Source: Raillietiella orientalis
Taxonomy: Eukaryota
Assembly (NCBI GenBank): GCA_036172245.1
Contig: JAYWIR010000005.1
Coordinates: 1 to 64,000 of the forward strand
Length of the DNA: 64,000 nt
Direction of reading: 5' to 3'
The translations under genes and the position numbers were made by a program. Under the pieces are notes generated by a model. That model was not told the DNA's origin and did no database searches. It saw only the letters and a list, made by a program, of their open reading frames with translations. This document shows, piece after piece, positions 37,230 through 47,800 of this stretch. Every line of letters begins with the position of its first letter. Positions within the stretch are counted from its first letter, which is position 1.

Positions 37230-37760
37230 GGGAGTGCCCGCAGCGTCTCCGCAAGACACCACCGAAGGTCGGCAGCGCGGGGTGGACTCTTTGGTCTTCC
37301 CCCCCAGCAGCCCGAAGGACCTTGCAGGAAGACCTGGCCTCTTTCGACGGAACGCCGGACTCCTGCCCGCGCCGAGCCTTCACTACGTGACCCGCGTAAC
37401 GCCCGATCTCTCCGGACGATAACAAGCCTTCCTGGAGTGAGGCAGCCCGCCCGCCTTCTTTTGACTCACTCCTGGAACTTGGGATCCCATCGGCCGGGAG
37501 CTTTTTTCCTACAGATCCCTGTCTCCTTGGATAAGGTCGGGTCTGCGAAAGTCTTGGGGCCCTTCGGCCTCCCGGAACGAGTCGCTCCTCGCGTAATCCC
37601 TCAGGAGGACGTCTCCGCACCCTCCCTCCGCCTCCTCGTCCCCCGTCTTGCGGTTCCGGGGCAAGCGAAGCTCCCCCGGGTCTTCGACCGCCATTCCGCA
37701 ATTCTCTCGGCAGCTCACGGCTTGCAGACCACCTTGTGGGCGGTCGCTTCCGAGCATCCT
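37230..37760 (-). mobile_element. Decayed R4-type fragment (restriction-enzyme-like endonuclease domain)
   Basis: DVLLRDY..DS..RRPDLIQGDR..KKLPADGIPS..SKEG..GEIGRY..VV (cf. K.LWD..TD..RPD.++.DK..ID..P..KE.EK..KY..L..EI.R.W). Confidence 0.6.
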
Positions 37761-39499
37761 GACTCGAGAAGACTAGGGAAGAGGAGGAGGAGGAGGAAGT
37801 GGCGCTGCGGCGCAAGAACAGAGCGACTCCGAGCTCCTTTCAAGAAAGGCATTCCAAAACCGTCCCGCCGAGACGCGCAAGCGCCGAGAATCCGTGATCG
37901 TTCGGTGGCCTTCTCGAGGCTTCCGCAAGGCGAGCGTCCGAGTCCATCCTGAAAATGGCGATCCATTCTTCCCGCTCCGGGACGAGTGCCTCCGCGTTCC
38001 GTATCTACATTCCCTCCTGCTTCCCTTTCGGACTCCAGGCTCCCGGAACAACCTGAAACGAAGCACAACGATCCCCAGCTTGAGCTCGCTCGGCCCCACC
38101 TCTCATGCGTGTCTTCGTCCATGCCGAGTCTCAATGCCACGTCTTGGATCTGAAAACAGTCCGCTTTGCTTTGGCGGCTACGAAGACTCGCGCACAAGCT
38201 CTGGCAGCATTTCCGCAAAATAAAGAGAAAAAAAAGGGCACTCAGGGGTGATCTCCAACTGTATTGCAAACTTTCCAAATGTCCTTCGCTCGTAGCGTTC
38301 TCGGAGATTCGCTTCCTGGTGACTTTTGCGCGTCGAAAATTCGAAAGCGTTTGGCACGCCTGCTCCTCGGGTCCATTGTTGCGTGCGCCGCGAAGGAATG
38401 GCGGTGGGGTTGCTGTACCAGAGCTCGCAGCCACTATTGAGGGGCGGTCCACAAGTGTTGCCGGGGATGCAGAATCCCGGCCAAAGAAGCTCGCTGGGTT
38501 ACGCCCCGCGTACTGGGACGCACGCACAGCGCGAGAACCGGGGGAAATTCTGCCATTTTGAGGGAATGCGGGGTACCGCACCTCGATGCCGAGCGCCTGC
38601 ATCCCTCTCGTCCGCATCAGAGCGCAAAAAGAAAGAAAAAAAAAATGAAAAGGAAACATTGAGAAAGCAACCATCTTATTCAGCAAGCGGTCCGGTAAAA
38701 GACGCTTTTGATGTGTCTGAAAAGAAAACAATCAGAAAGCAAATCATCCACTCGTAAAAGCCCAGCAGGGGTCCCCCAGCTTAGAAGAGCATCATTCGAC
38801 GTCACCGGGGGGGGGGGGATAAGAGGGGTTTGCATGCTCGCTGCAACACACACAGACACACACACAAAAAGGGATTCGTGTTCAGACTGATCTCCTTATA
38901 AATCTTGATTTTCGAGAGGACCATCCTTCCCGGTGCAGAGCGCAGCTGGCATGCCTGCTGGACATTAATGGAAGCCATGTCAGAGCTAAGGAGAACAGGT
39001 TTCCTGGCAGCCTTGACGAGCGAGTGCTGAAGAATGCGCGCGTGTGCGCGCCAGGACGGCGAAGTTTCTCGTGCGGTCCGCCCGCTTAATCACGCGCGCA
39101 CACCCCACGATTAAGTGCGATTCGAACTCATCTTAACTCGCGCGAGCGTCCGATGACGATGAAAGTCCGCGCCATTATTTTATTTTTTTTTGTGCTGAAA
39201 AGTGAAATGATGCCCTTATGACGGCGCTTCTCAAGTGGCCTCATTTTCGAGGGGGGAAAAAAAAAAATTTTTCTTCTTCTCGCTGCCTCTCTGTCGCTCT
39301 CTCTCTTCGGAGGAGCATCGGCAGATTTTCCGGCACGGAAACGATCTCAGCTGAGGGGAGTTCGGGAACGTTCCGTGAGGCGCCGGGTAATGAGGTTTCC
39401 GCGGCAGGTTCGATTCTTCTTTCCACCAGCAGCGAGTTCCCAGCCGAGGATAATGGGCGTGGACGGAGGCCAGCCAAGAGCGCTTCGCCATCGCCAGCT

Positions 39500-39900
39500 C
39501 CGATGGGAAGAAAGGGAGGCACAAAAAAAAGCGGATGCTGGAATCTCGTCCCGGGCGATTCCTTCGCGACAGGTGGAGGACGCCCTCGGTGGGGCGGGAT
39601 CCCACCGTAAATCAACCCAGAATCCGCCGCCACGCACGCGCGGCGAGAGAAGAGTTGCCGCGCTCCCGCGGGCAGCCGTCGCACCTTCGAGCCCTGCGGG
39701 AGGCCGGAGGGTTTGACGGATGGGTGCTCCGCGCGAAAGTGGACGGGAAAAACTCAAGAGGAGCGCGGCACGCCAAGTATTGTGTAACCTTCGCCCTGCC
39801 GGCGTCCACTTTCGCAGACCGACTGGGAGAGCGGGGACCGGATTGATGGATTCGTCGGCGCCGACGGGACCGCGGGAGCCCAGCCGGCCACCCGGAGAAT
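39500..39900 (+). mobile_element. Decayed R4-type fragment (pre-RT and start of RT)
   Basis: MLESRPGRFLRD (cf. LF..NP.RFYR) and SGREKLKR..VLCNLRPAGVHFRRPTGRAGTGL (cf. GRT.L..K..PSNYRPITCL..K..TGI). Confidence 0.5.
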
Positions 39901-40414
39901 GGCGGCACATGCGCAAGAGGGAGAGGGCAACTGTCGACCCCGATGTTGCCGTTCCCCCATACCTTTGAAACGGCTGAAAGATGAATAGACGAACGATGAG
40001 GGGAGGGGGGGTTCGACCACGTTTTCATCCACGTCGGCGCACGAACCCAGAGGAGCGCGCAGGCGCCGCCAGCAAGGACGCGGAAGACCCTCGCGCGCGC
40101 AGACGTGCTAGAAGAAGGCGAAAACGAGGAGGGCGAAAAGAGCGACGGGCGACCTTGGGCTACGCCCAGGCAGCAGCCGCGGGAACGTTTCCGCGGATTC
40201 TCGGCGCCGGAAGAGCTCGAGGCTTCAGGAGGGCGCGCAGAAGCGAAGCGCGGAGACGCCGCCACACGGGGGAGGAGTGCGCCGCCGCGTCCTGCCGTGC
40301 GAGGACCGAGGAAAGGTGGGATCTGCTCTCTTTCGTGCTGGGCGACTCCGCACGCTGCAGAGCCTTCGAGAAGGGACCGCACCTGGATACCCCTTTCAGC
40401 TTTTTCTCTCTCCA

Positions 40415-41200
40415 GGTTTTGTTTGTTTGTTTGGTACTCAAGGAGTGCTAAAGAACCGTCCGCCTCCTCGGGTAGGGTGGGAGTGGGGGGCTTACGAAGC
40501 TCTTCGACACTGCTCACGCCACCTGAGGGGGCATGTCACTCCTCAGGTCAGGGGCAACCCCCAGGAAGGATCCAAGATGGCCTCGAAGGAGGAAGGAGTC
40601 CGTTCCTCTCACGTTTGGGAGGGAACCCCGAAGGGAACCTCTTCTTCCTTATTCTCTCTGGAGGGATCCACCGGAAAGGATCCTCTCCCCGTTTCCTCCT
40701 CCTCCCATGAAGAAAACCTTGAAGGGCGCTCCATCTGAAGGGGACGACAGCACTTCTCACACTCTGGAGAGGCAACCCTCCCCCTAGGGGGTTTTGACCA
40801 GCTCTATGGTAACGGCTCAATCTCCAGAACCAGAGGGGAGCCCCGAAGGTAACATCTTCCTCATTCTAACCGGAGGGACCTCCATCGTACGCGCGATAGA
40901 GGGGTCCCCCTGTCTGGGGAGGACGGCTTCCTGATTCCTGGAAGGACCCCTGGCGGTAAACTTCCAAACCCGGATGCCAGTCATCCGGTTTTCGTCTTCC
41001 CCACCAGTGCCTCTCACCGAAATAGGCCAACCAGCGCCACCGTGCGGCGGAGGGGGAGGGGAGGAAACTCGAAACCCACGACATTCCCTCCATCCATCCT
41101 CGGAGCCGACCCACCCTCCCTCAGATGGGATTCGAACCCGCGGCGTTCAGTGCCACGCGCGGAGGCCGCCCACGCAAGCCGCGACGCTGCGCGTGATCTC
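40415..41200 (-). mobile_element. tRNA-derived SINE copy, near full length
   Basis: (tttg)n tail, reverse-complement 3' block, body, and two reverse-complement B boxes (aactcgaaaccc ~41070; gggattcgaacccgcg 41128-41143). Confidence 0.8.
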
Positions 41201-41559
41201 GTGGCCGACTCAGACCCATGCTGGCCTCCGGTTTTGGAAGTTGACCCCTCGGAGAAGGACTCTCCATCGCATACCATGGAGCTAGTTGGTTCGCCTCTTC
41301 AGAGTGCCAGAAGTGCCCTCCAGAGAACTTTGGGAACGTTCCTCCGGGGTCCTCCCTAGGGCTGCCCACCGCCGGGGATCATGGTGTCGCCGCAAGGCGA
41401 TTCCGAATGGGTCATAGGACAGCATGGTGCAACAGCAGACGCGGGAGAGTCTCCTTCTTTCTTCATTTGCTGCACTCTGAACGGCGTTCACGCTTCTCCT
41501 TTCCCCGTGTCCAGTGGCGAAAGCGCGCTTCGCACGGGATTCCCCCGTGCCCCACCAGC

Positions 41560-41940
41560 AACGTCAGCTCCACCACTTGAAGGGGAGGGAGTCACTGCTC
41601 CAGCACGTTAGGCTGGGACCACTTCACCTCCTATGGAGGGACGTCAAGCAGCTCTCCTCAGCGTACAAGTTCTGGGGATGGAGCACTCGGGGTCGTAGAG
41701 CTCGTCACCTCCCGAGTTGTACACGCGCTCCCAGAAGTTTCTTCTTCGCTTCCATGCAGCACATCGCTTCCCACATTGTCGGGATCACGCTGACCCTTGC
41801 CTTCCTCAGACAGGGCGGCACTGGGGCAAGCGAGGTGGGCGAGTCCCACCGCATCTTCTGCGGATTGCCGATCATCTCCTCCGGCGACTTGCGAGCGTTG
41901 ATAACTCGCTGTAGGCACAACGCCCTCCTTGCTCGCACCG
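41560..41940 (-). mobile_element. Decayed R4-type fragment (CCHC knuckle region)
   Basis: GASKEGVVPTASYQR..DDR..LAHLACP.AALS..QRDPDNVGSDVLH (cf. AAQE.V..T..Y..CR.C..HL.S.C..L..RHDNV...+H). Confidence 0.6.
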
Positions 41941-41959
41941 TCGATGAGGAAGAGGTGGC

Positions 41960-42340
41960 TCCCCCCCGGTTGTGAAGATGGAGCCGTTACCATGAAGAGC
42001 TGGTCGATGCCCCTCCAGTGTGTCAAGAAGGAAGCGCACTGCTCCCTTCAGGGAGTGATCCTTCAGAGAAAAATTAGGAAGCGTCCCTTCGGGGTCCTCT
42101 CCAGAGGAGGAAACCAGGAGCGGATCCATTCCGGGGGTCCCTCCGTAGCGAATGAGGAAGAGGTGGTTCCCTTCGCAAGAGGGGAACAGACTCTTTCGTC
42201 CTTCCTGGATTCATGGGGTGGTCCCTCTGGGGCACCTCTCAACTTGAAGAGCTGACACGCATCCCCAGGCGGAGTTGGTAGTGTCGAAGAGCTTCGTGTG
42301 CCCCGGGGCAAACGACTCTTCAGTTCTGAGCAAGGAAAAG
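41960..42340 (+). mobile_element. SINE family copy, 5'-truncated
   Basis: ccggttgtgaagatggagccgttaccatg body through cttgaagagctgacacgcatccccaggcgg..gtgtcgaagagcttcgtg..ctcttcag, then an A-rich end. Confidence 0.75.
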
Positions 42341-42800
42341 AACCCGAAAGATACCCGCCGTCTTCGCCTCCAGTTCTCCCGCGGCGACCTTGGAGATTTG
42401 GCCTCCTGTCTCTGATCAGCTCGCTCGTTCTCGCCGAGAAGGGAGCTCCCTTGGTGACCGGCAGCCTCCTTCTCCTCTCGGACTGCGAAGACCCTTCGTT
42501 CTTAGAGCGTCTTCCTGGAAAGGCGGTTCCTGAACCCCAGCCAGGGGCGCCTCTCGTCCTGCGGGGCGCTGCCGCGCCGAACCCTCCCGCTTCGTGCCCA
42601 GAGGGCAGCGCGTCCCCACTGCCAGGAAGAGGGCGCGCGCGGACCGAACCGGAAGGAGGGAGGCGTGCCTCCACCCGTCGGAGGACGCATGCCCACCAAG
42701 AATGTGTGACCCGGAAGGAAGACACAGGTTCGTGTCCTCCGTGGCCAAGGCAGCTTATCGAGGGTATCAAGCTGCGAAGAACATCGGCTGACCTTATCGA
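42340..42800 (-). mobile_element. Decayed R4-type fragment (knuckle to endonuclease)
   Basis: SCLGHGGHEPVSS..ACVL..RL and ELIRDRRPNL (cf. CRLCG..E.V.H..C.VL..RH and D..I..RRPDL). Confidence 0.5.
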
Positions 42801-43014
42801 AGGAGGATCAAACAGAAGTACCAAGAAGACCTGAAGGAAAAGGGTCTTTTTCGGGGGAAGGGAGGGAAGTTTTTTTTTTTTTCCAAGTTTCTGCCAGCGT
42901 CTCCTTTGCTGGAGACAGGTCAGTAGCGACCTCATGGGGAGGTCGTTACTGTAGGTCCAGGCTGGTGGAAATCCTTCTGAAGGATCTTCTGTTCCGATGC
43001 TTTCCTTCCAGCTT

Positions 43015-43976
43015 TTGTTTTTTTTATGTGGGTGTTTTTTGTTTTGTTTTTGTTTTTTTTTGGGGGGGGGAAGGGGGTTCGCCAATTGTTGGAGAACCGT
43101 TCGACTCTTTGGGGGGGAATGGGGGGTGGCTCACGAAGCTTTTTGGCACTGCCCGAGCCACCTGAGGGTGCGTGTCACTCTTCAGGTCAGAAGGCAAACC
43201 CAAAGAGGGACCAAGAGACCACCCTATAAATCCAGGAAGGGCTCCGGAGGGGGAAGGAGTCAGTTCCTCTCTCACGCTTGGTAGGGAAACTCCGAAGGGA
43301 ACCTCCTCTTCCTTGCCCGCGTCGGAGGCCACGTGGTCGCGGTCTCTGCGCATGCGGCATCAACCAAGCGTCGCGAGTTCAAATACTCGGCAAGCATCGA
43401 CGCCGAGAGATGGGGGGTCGCGTCTCTGGTTCCGAGTTCTTCCTGCAAAGACACTGGTTGGCCTACGTTCATCCGGGTGCAGCGCCGGTAGCGGTTCAAA
43501 CCAGATGCCTCCTGACGAGTTGCCGGGACATTCCTGGAAGGACCCGGAGGTGGACTCCGGTTCCTTCCAGGAATCAAGGAGTGGGAGTGTGGGTTGTGCA
43601 GAGGAGCGCGTCCTCTATTCCGAGGGTACCCTCCGTACACCTCCCCAGAGAGTGCAGAGAAGCGTGCCGAACCCTTCGGGAAGCGCCTTCCAGATAAATA
43701 GGGAAGTGTCCCTTCGGGATCCTCTTCAGAGGAGGAAACAAGAGTGGTTCCCTTGCGGGTTCTTTTCGGAGAAGAAAAAATGAAGCGGACCTCCCCAGGG
43801 GTCCCTCCTGAGAGAATAAGGAAGGAGATTCCCTTCGGGTTTACCCTTCGGAGACAACCAGAGTGGGGTTCCCTTCGAGGATCCCTCTTCAGGCGTGAGA
43901 GGAACGGACTCTGAGTCCTTCCTGGATTCATAGGACGGTCCTCTCCCAGATACTTCCTATCTTGAAGAATTCCAGG
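43015..43976 (+). mobile_element. Composite SINE: inverted 3' fragment (43015-~43316, -) fused to the head of a + copy (~43317-43976)
   Basis: T tract plus reverse-complement 3' block leads directly into cccgcgtcggaggccacgtggtcgcggtctc..gcgtcgcgagttcaaatactcgg. The same junction recurs at ~63729. Confidence 0.75.
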
Positions 43977-44004
43977 AATCAGGAGCGGGAGAAAACCAGG
44001 AGCG

Positions 44005-44440
44005 GAAAGGATCCGCTCCTGGTTTCCTCTTTCTCTGAAGATGACCCCGAAGAGACGCTTCCCTATTTCTCCTCGAAGGGAACAGAGCGCTTCCTTCTTA
44101 ACACTCTGGAGGGGCATCGACAAGTTCCATGGTGACGGCTCCATCTTCACAACCGGAGGGGGAATGCCGAAGGGAACCGGCGCTCCTTGATTCCTGTAAG
44201 GTCTCTTGAGAGTCAGCTTCCAAATCCTGGTCACTCAATGAAGGCATCCCGCAGTTTCCGGCTGCCATCAGCGGTGCCGCACCCGAATAGACCAACTAGC
44301 GCCACCGTTCAGGGAGAAGGGAATCGAAACCCACGACGCTCCCCTCCCCACGACGCTCTCGGCGCAGACTTCTCCACCTTCCCCGGGAGGGACTTGAACC
44401 CGCGACGCGAGTCGCTACAGGCCACCAATGCGGGCGACAG
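44005..44440 (-). mobile_element. tRNA-derived SINE copy, 3'-truncated
   Basis: Reverse-complement head gggacttgaacccgcgacgc..ggccaccaatgcggg, second B box gaatcgaaaccc, core and part of the body. Confidence 0.75.
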
Positions 44441-44822
44441 GGAGACCCCACAGGACCTGCTGCAGGAATGGGGATAAGGAAGGGACCTTGGGAACCGGCA
44501 AACAGGTACGGGTTGAGAACCCGCCAGAGTGCACCTTCATTCGAAAACGTGGCGGATGCACCTCGGGCGGGGGTTCCAAGTCCAAGTTCCAGTTCCAACC
44601 ATACTCTGACCCCGACCCCTCTAGGACACGCGGGCTTTGATGCACGAGAAGCGACGCGGGGTGGAGTGTGCGCTGCGCCGTTTTTCGGACGGCTTTAGCT
44701 TCCCATGATGCCACTCGTTCCCGCGAAGACCACCCCACGAATCGAATCCTTCCGGACGACGCGCGGGCGCCGTTGCGGAGCACAGCGGGCTGACGGATAA
44801 TCACGGCTAGTGTCCATTCCAG

Positions 44823-47800
44823 GTTTTCGAAGGTCCTGTTTTTCCTGTGCATCGCCGGATGCATGGCGGAAGGCGCAAGGCCGTTCGTCTCATTCCCGAC
44901 GTCTCCCGACAGGAGGAACCCCCAAGTGTCCCGAAAAACAAGGCAGATCCCCACACAGTGGAAGGTGAACTCCACCCTTATACCCCCTCCTCCGGACCAC
45001 CCCACACCCAGCGTTCCGTTCCTGGAAGTGCTCGCGTTGAACAAAACCATAAGCGATGCTCTGAAGAAGGTGGACTCGCGACTTAACGTCCTTGAGCCGG
45101 CCATCTTCAACTCCGGTAAGACTCCTCATGTAGCAGCGCTCGAACTCGGGACGGCGGAGGTTGCCTCTCCGCCATCTGACCATCGGACCTGGGGGTGAAG
45201 ACGATGGCGTGTGCGTGGGATGCGATCGGCTGCGTGGATGCGCACGTGTTTCGTGCACGTCAGATGAGGCACTCGTGAGGATTTCAAAGCAGCCGCCACG
45301 CCCCCCTTCATACTCTCCTCCCCCCTGGAAACTGTGCGCCTGAAAACCGGAGATGCTGTTCGAGTTCTCGGCCACCAGTGTTCACTTTGTAGAGATGAAC
45401 TGCGAGAAGGTCGAAAACCTAGGATGAAGCTCTCTCGCTGCAGGGCGCCGAGCGGGATGCTCCGGGATGCAGCGTGCGTTCCCGAGCAAGACGAAAGGCA
45501 GACGAAAGCGTCTGTGAGGGAGCGGGAACCCCCTCGCGACGGGAGGAGGTTTCCGCTCCATTGCGCCCCACGCCTGAGAGTCCCCTCGGGTCATCGACGA
45601 CTTGAGCCCGCGCGACCACCGTCGGACGGCTCCTCGCGCCGCAACATCCCATCCGGAGATCCGACAGCTGCGCGTGAGCTCTCGGCTGCCGGTTCTCAGT
45701 TCGGCGGCTGCCGCTTCAAGGCCCTGAAGGAAACTCAGCGCACCTCGGAGACCAGCGAGAAGGAGCAGCGCCCTCACGGAAGAAGGAAAGTGGTCCAGCT
45801 GCCTCCCTTCTCCCAGAAGGGTTGGGATGCTCAGGGAGTCCCCCGAACCGGCGCACCGAACGCCTGAAGCAAGAGAATTCTCCAAAGCTGCGATCTGTTT
45901 CCTCCCTTCAGCATCTCTCTCGGAAGATGCTGCGACGCGAGTGGCGATCTTCAGACTCGGCTTCTGAGCGTCTACCACGTCTCTGCGATGCTCGCTCCTG
46001 CATCGCAACAGCTTCATGGACTCTTTTTTTTTTTTTTTTTTCGTGGATATTTGGATGGTGAGCGCGCCGGCTAGAACCGGCCTTGCAGAGCGGCGCAAAC
46101 GTCGCGTCGCCTCGCACGCGAAGACGGGCTCAGAGGCGTCCCCGTAACCCTGGCAACGGGAGCCGAGCGCTTCGCGTCCGTGAGGAGCGCTCCTCCGGGT
46201 CGGTCAAGCGGTTGTTCCCCGAGGGATGGATCTCTCAAGTCGCACCGGAGCCACTGGATGTGCAGGTACCGTCCAGGAGAGCAGGGAGCGAGCACGCCTA
46301 GTTGCGCGGCAGAGCCGGACTTCAACGTCCGGCTATTGGCGATCCTACCTGGCATCTCGAAGCTCCCGGGAGGAATCATTACAGATCCCTGCCTTCCGCT
46401 CCCGGGTCGAACTCGAACACGCACACCACGTGGCAGTCTGCCACTGGAACACCGCCACCCACCCCTGCACACCGTGCAACCAAATGCGACACCGCGAGGT
46501 TGCGCTCTCTCGTTTCGTAGACACCTTGGGCACGGGAGCACTCCGGAACGCCCTCCGTGTCTTCGTGCGTATCCACGCGCACGTGCAAAGAGCTCGTCAA
46601 GTGGGGACTTCTCGTAGAGGAGGTTGCCAAGTAAGCGCGTAGGAGACCACGGAGACTGCATGCCGGTGGGTGAATGCGGAACCTGCTGCGCCCCATGGGT
46701 TCGCGAATGGCGACCACCTGACCTCGAGGAGCGGAAAGCTACCCAACAAGGCAGCGGCCTTCTTGTTGGGTAGAGGGCGCTGATTCATCTGCGGGTCTGT
46801 GACAAGAAGCGCTGATCCGCGGCTTGTTCTGGGGAGCTGTCCGGTTGTGCTCCGCGCGCGCGCGCGCTCCTCCTCCTACCACCGTCTTCCTAACTGTCAC
46901 GCCCCAGGACGAGGGACCCGCCGCGCGGGTGAAGGGGATAGAGCGACTTACCTGGCAACCATCCTGCGCTCTTCTCTCTGTGGAGGCATCCCAGGGGTGT
47001 CCAAGGAGACGCAACAGGTCGACGGAGGAGGTCGGAAGTGGAATTTTCCATTCATCTACTCAGCCGGGGAGGGGAGGGGCCGCAAGCTGAGGGACCGTCC
47101 CTTTCTGCCACCTCAGTTCGCCGTGATCCCTGCAGCCGACCTCCGAAAACTCGTCGCATCCCGCACACCCAGAGCTCCTACCTGCGGGCCACAGCACGAA
47201 AGCCGACCCACTCAGAAGAGGCACCGCATTCTTGACCTACTGCTCAGCAAAGCATCCGTGCGCGTTGGGCAGATGCCTGTGATTACCGCGGCTGGACCAC
47301 TTTCTCGCCTCTTTCCCGCTTTCTTCCAGTGTGTTGAAACCTAGCGAACCTCCTGCCCGGGGTGGACCAGACCCTCTCCACTCGGAAAAGGGCCCTCCGG
47401 AAGGCAGGTCACCCCTCTTCGTCCTGCATTTTCTCCGGGATCTCCTCCGATTGAGTGCGTCTCTTTCAGGATACTGGAAGATTCGCTCCCATCCGAGCCT
47501 CCTTTGCTCTTTTCTGTCTTTACTCTCTCTCCCCCCCTCCCCCCTTCCTCCACCGTGGCCGTCTCTGACCCGGCGAGGCACGCCTGACCGATCCGGGAGC
47601 TGCAGCAGCCGGGCGTTTGCCCCCAGCGCGGAGTGCCCTCCTGCGAGGTTCTGCTCCTCGCCGACCGCGCCTCGGAGGCCCCGCCAGAGCCGCCCTCCTC
47701 GCGCCAAAACCCTTCACCTTCCCAAGCCGTTCCCCGAGTCCTGGCGGTAGTCGCACCCGCTCTCTGCTGCTGGCCCACCTGCCTCCCTGCCGGCTATCTC

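Noticed and set aside
33400..38750. Long GC-rich ORFs (33940..34914, 35233..36252, 37715..38731)
   Set aside because: Arg/Gly/Pro-rich, overlapping on both strands, crossing homopolymers and transposon relics; expected by chance at this GC content.
43505..43545. Hammerhead ribozyme core (ctgacgag; ccgatgag in other copies; ccgatgacgatgaaa near 39150)
   Set aside because: No conserved GAAA or stems II/III across copies.
43272..44234. 320-aa minus-strand ORF
   Set aside because: Spans two oppositely oriented SINE copies and has no protein motifs.
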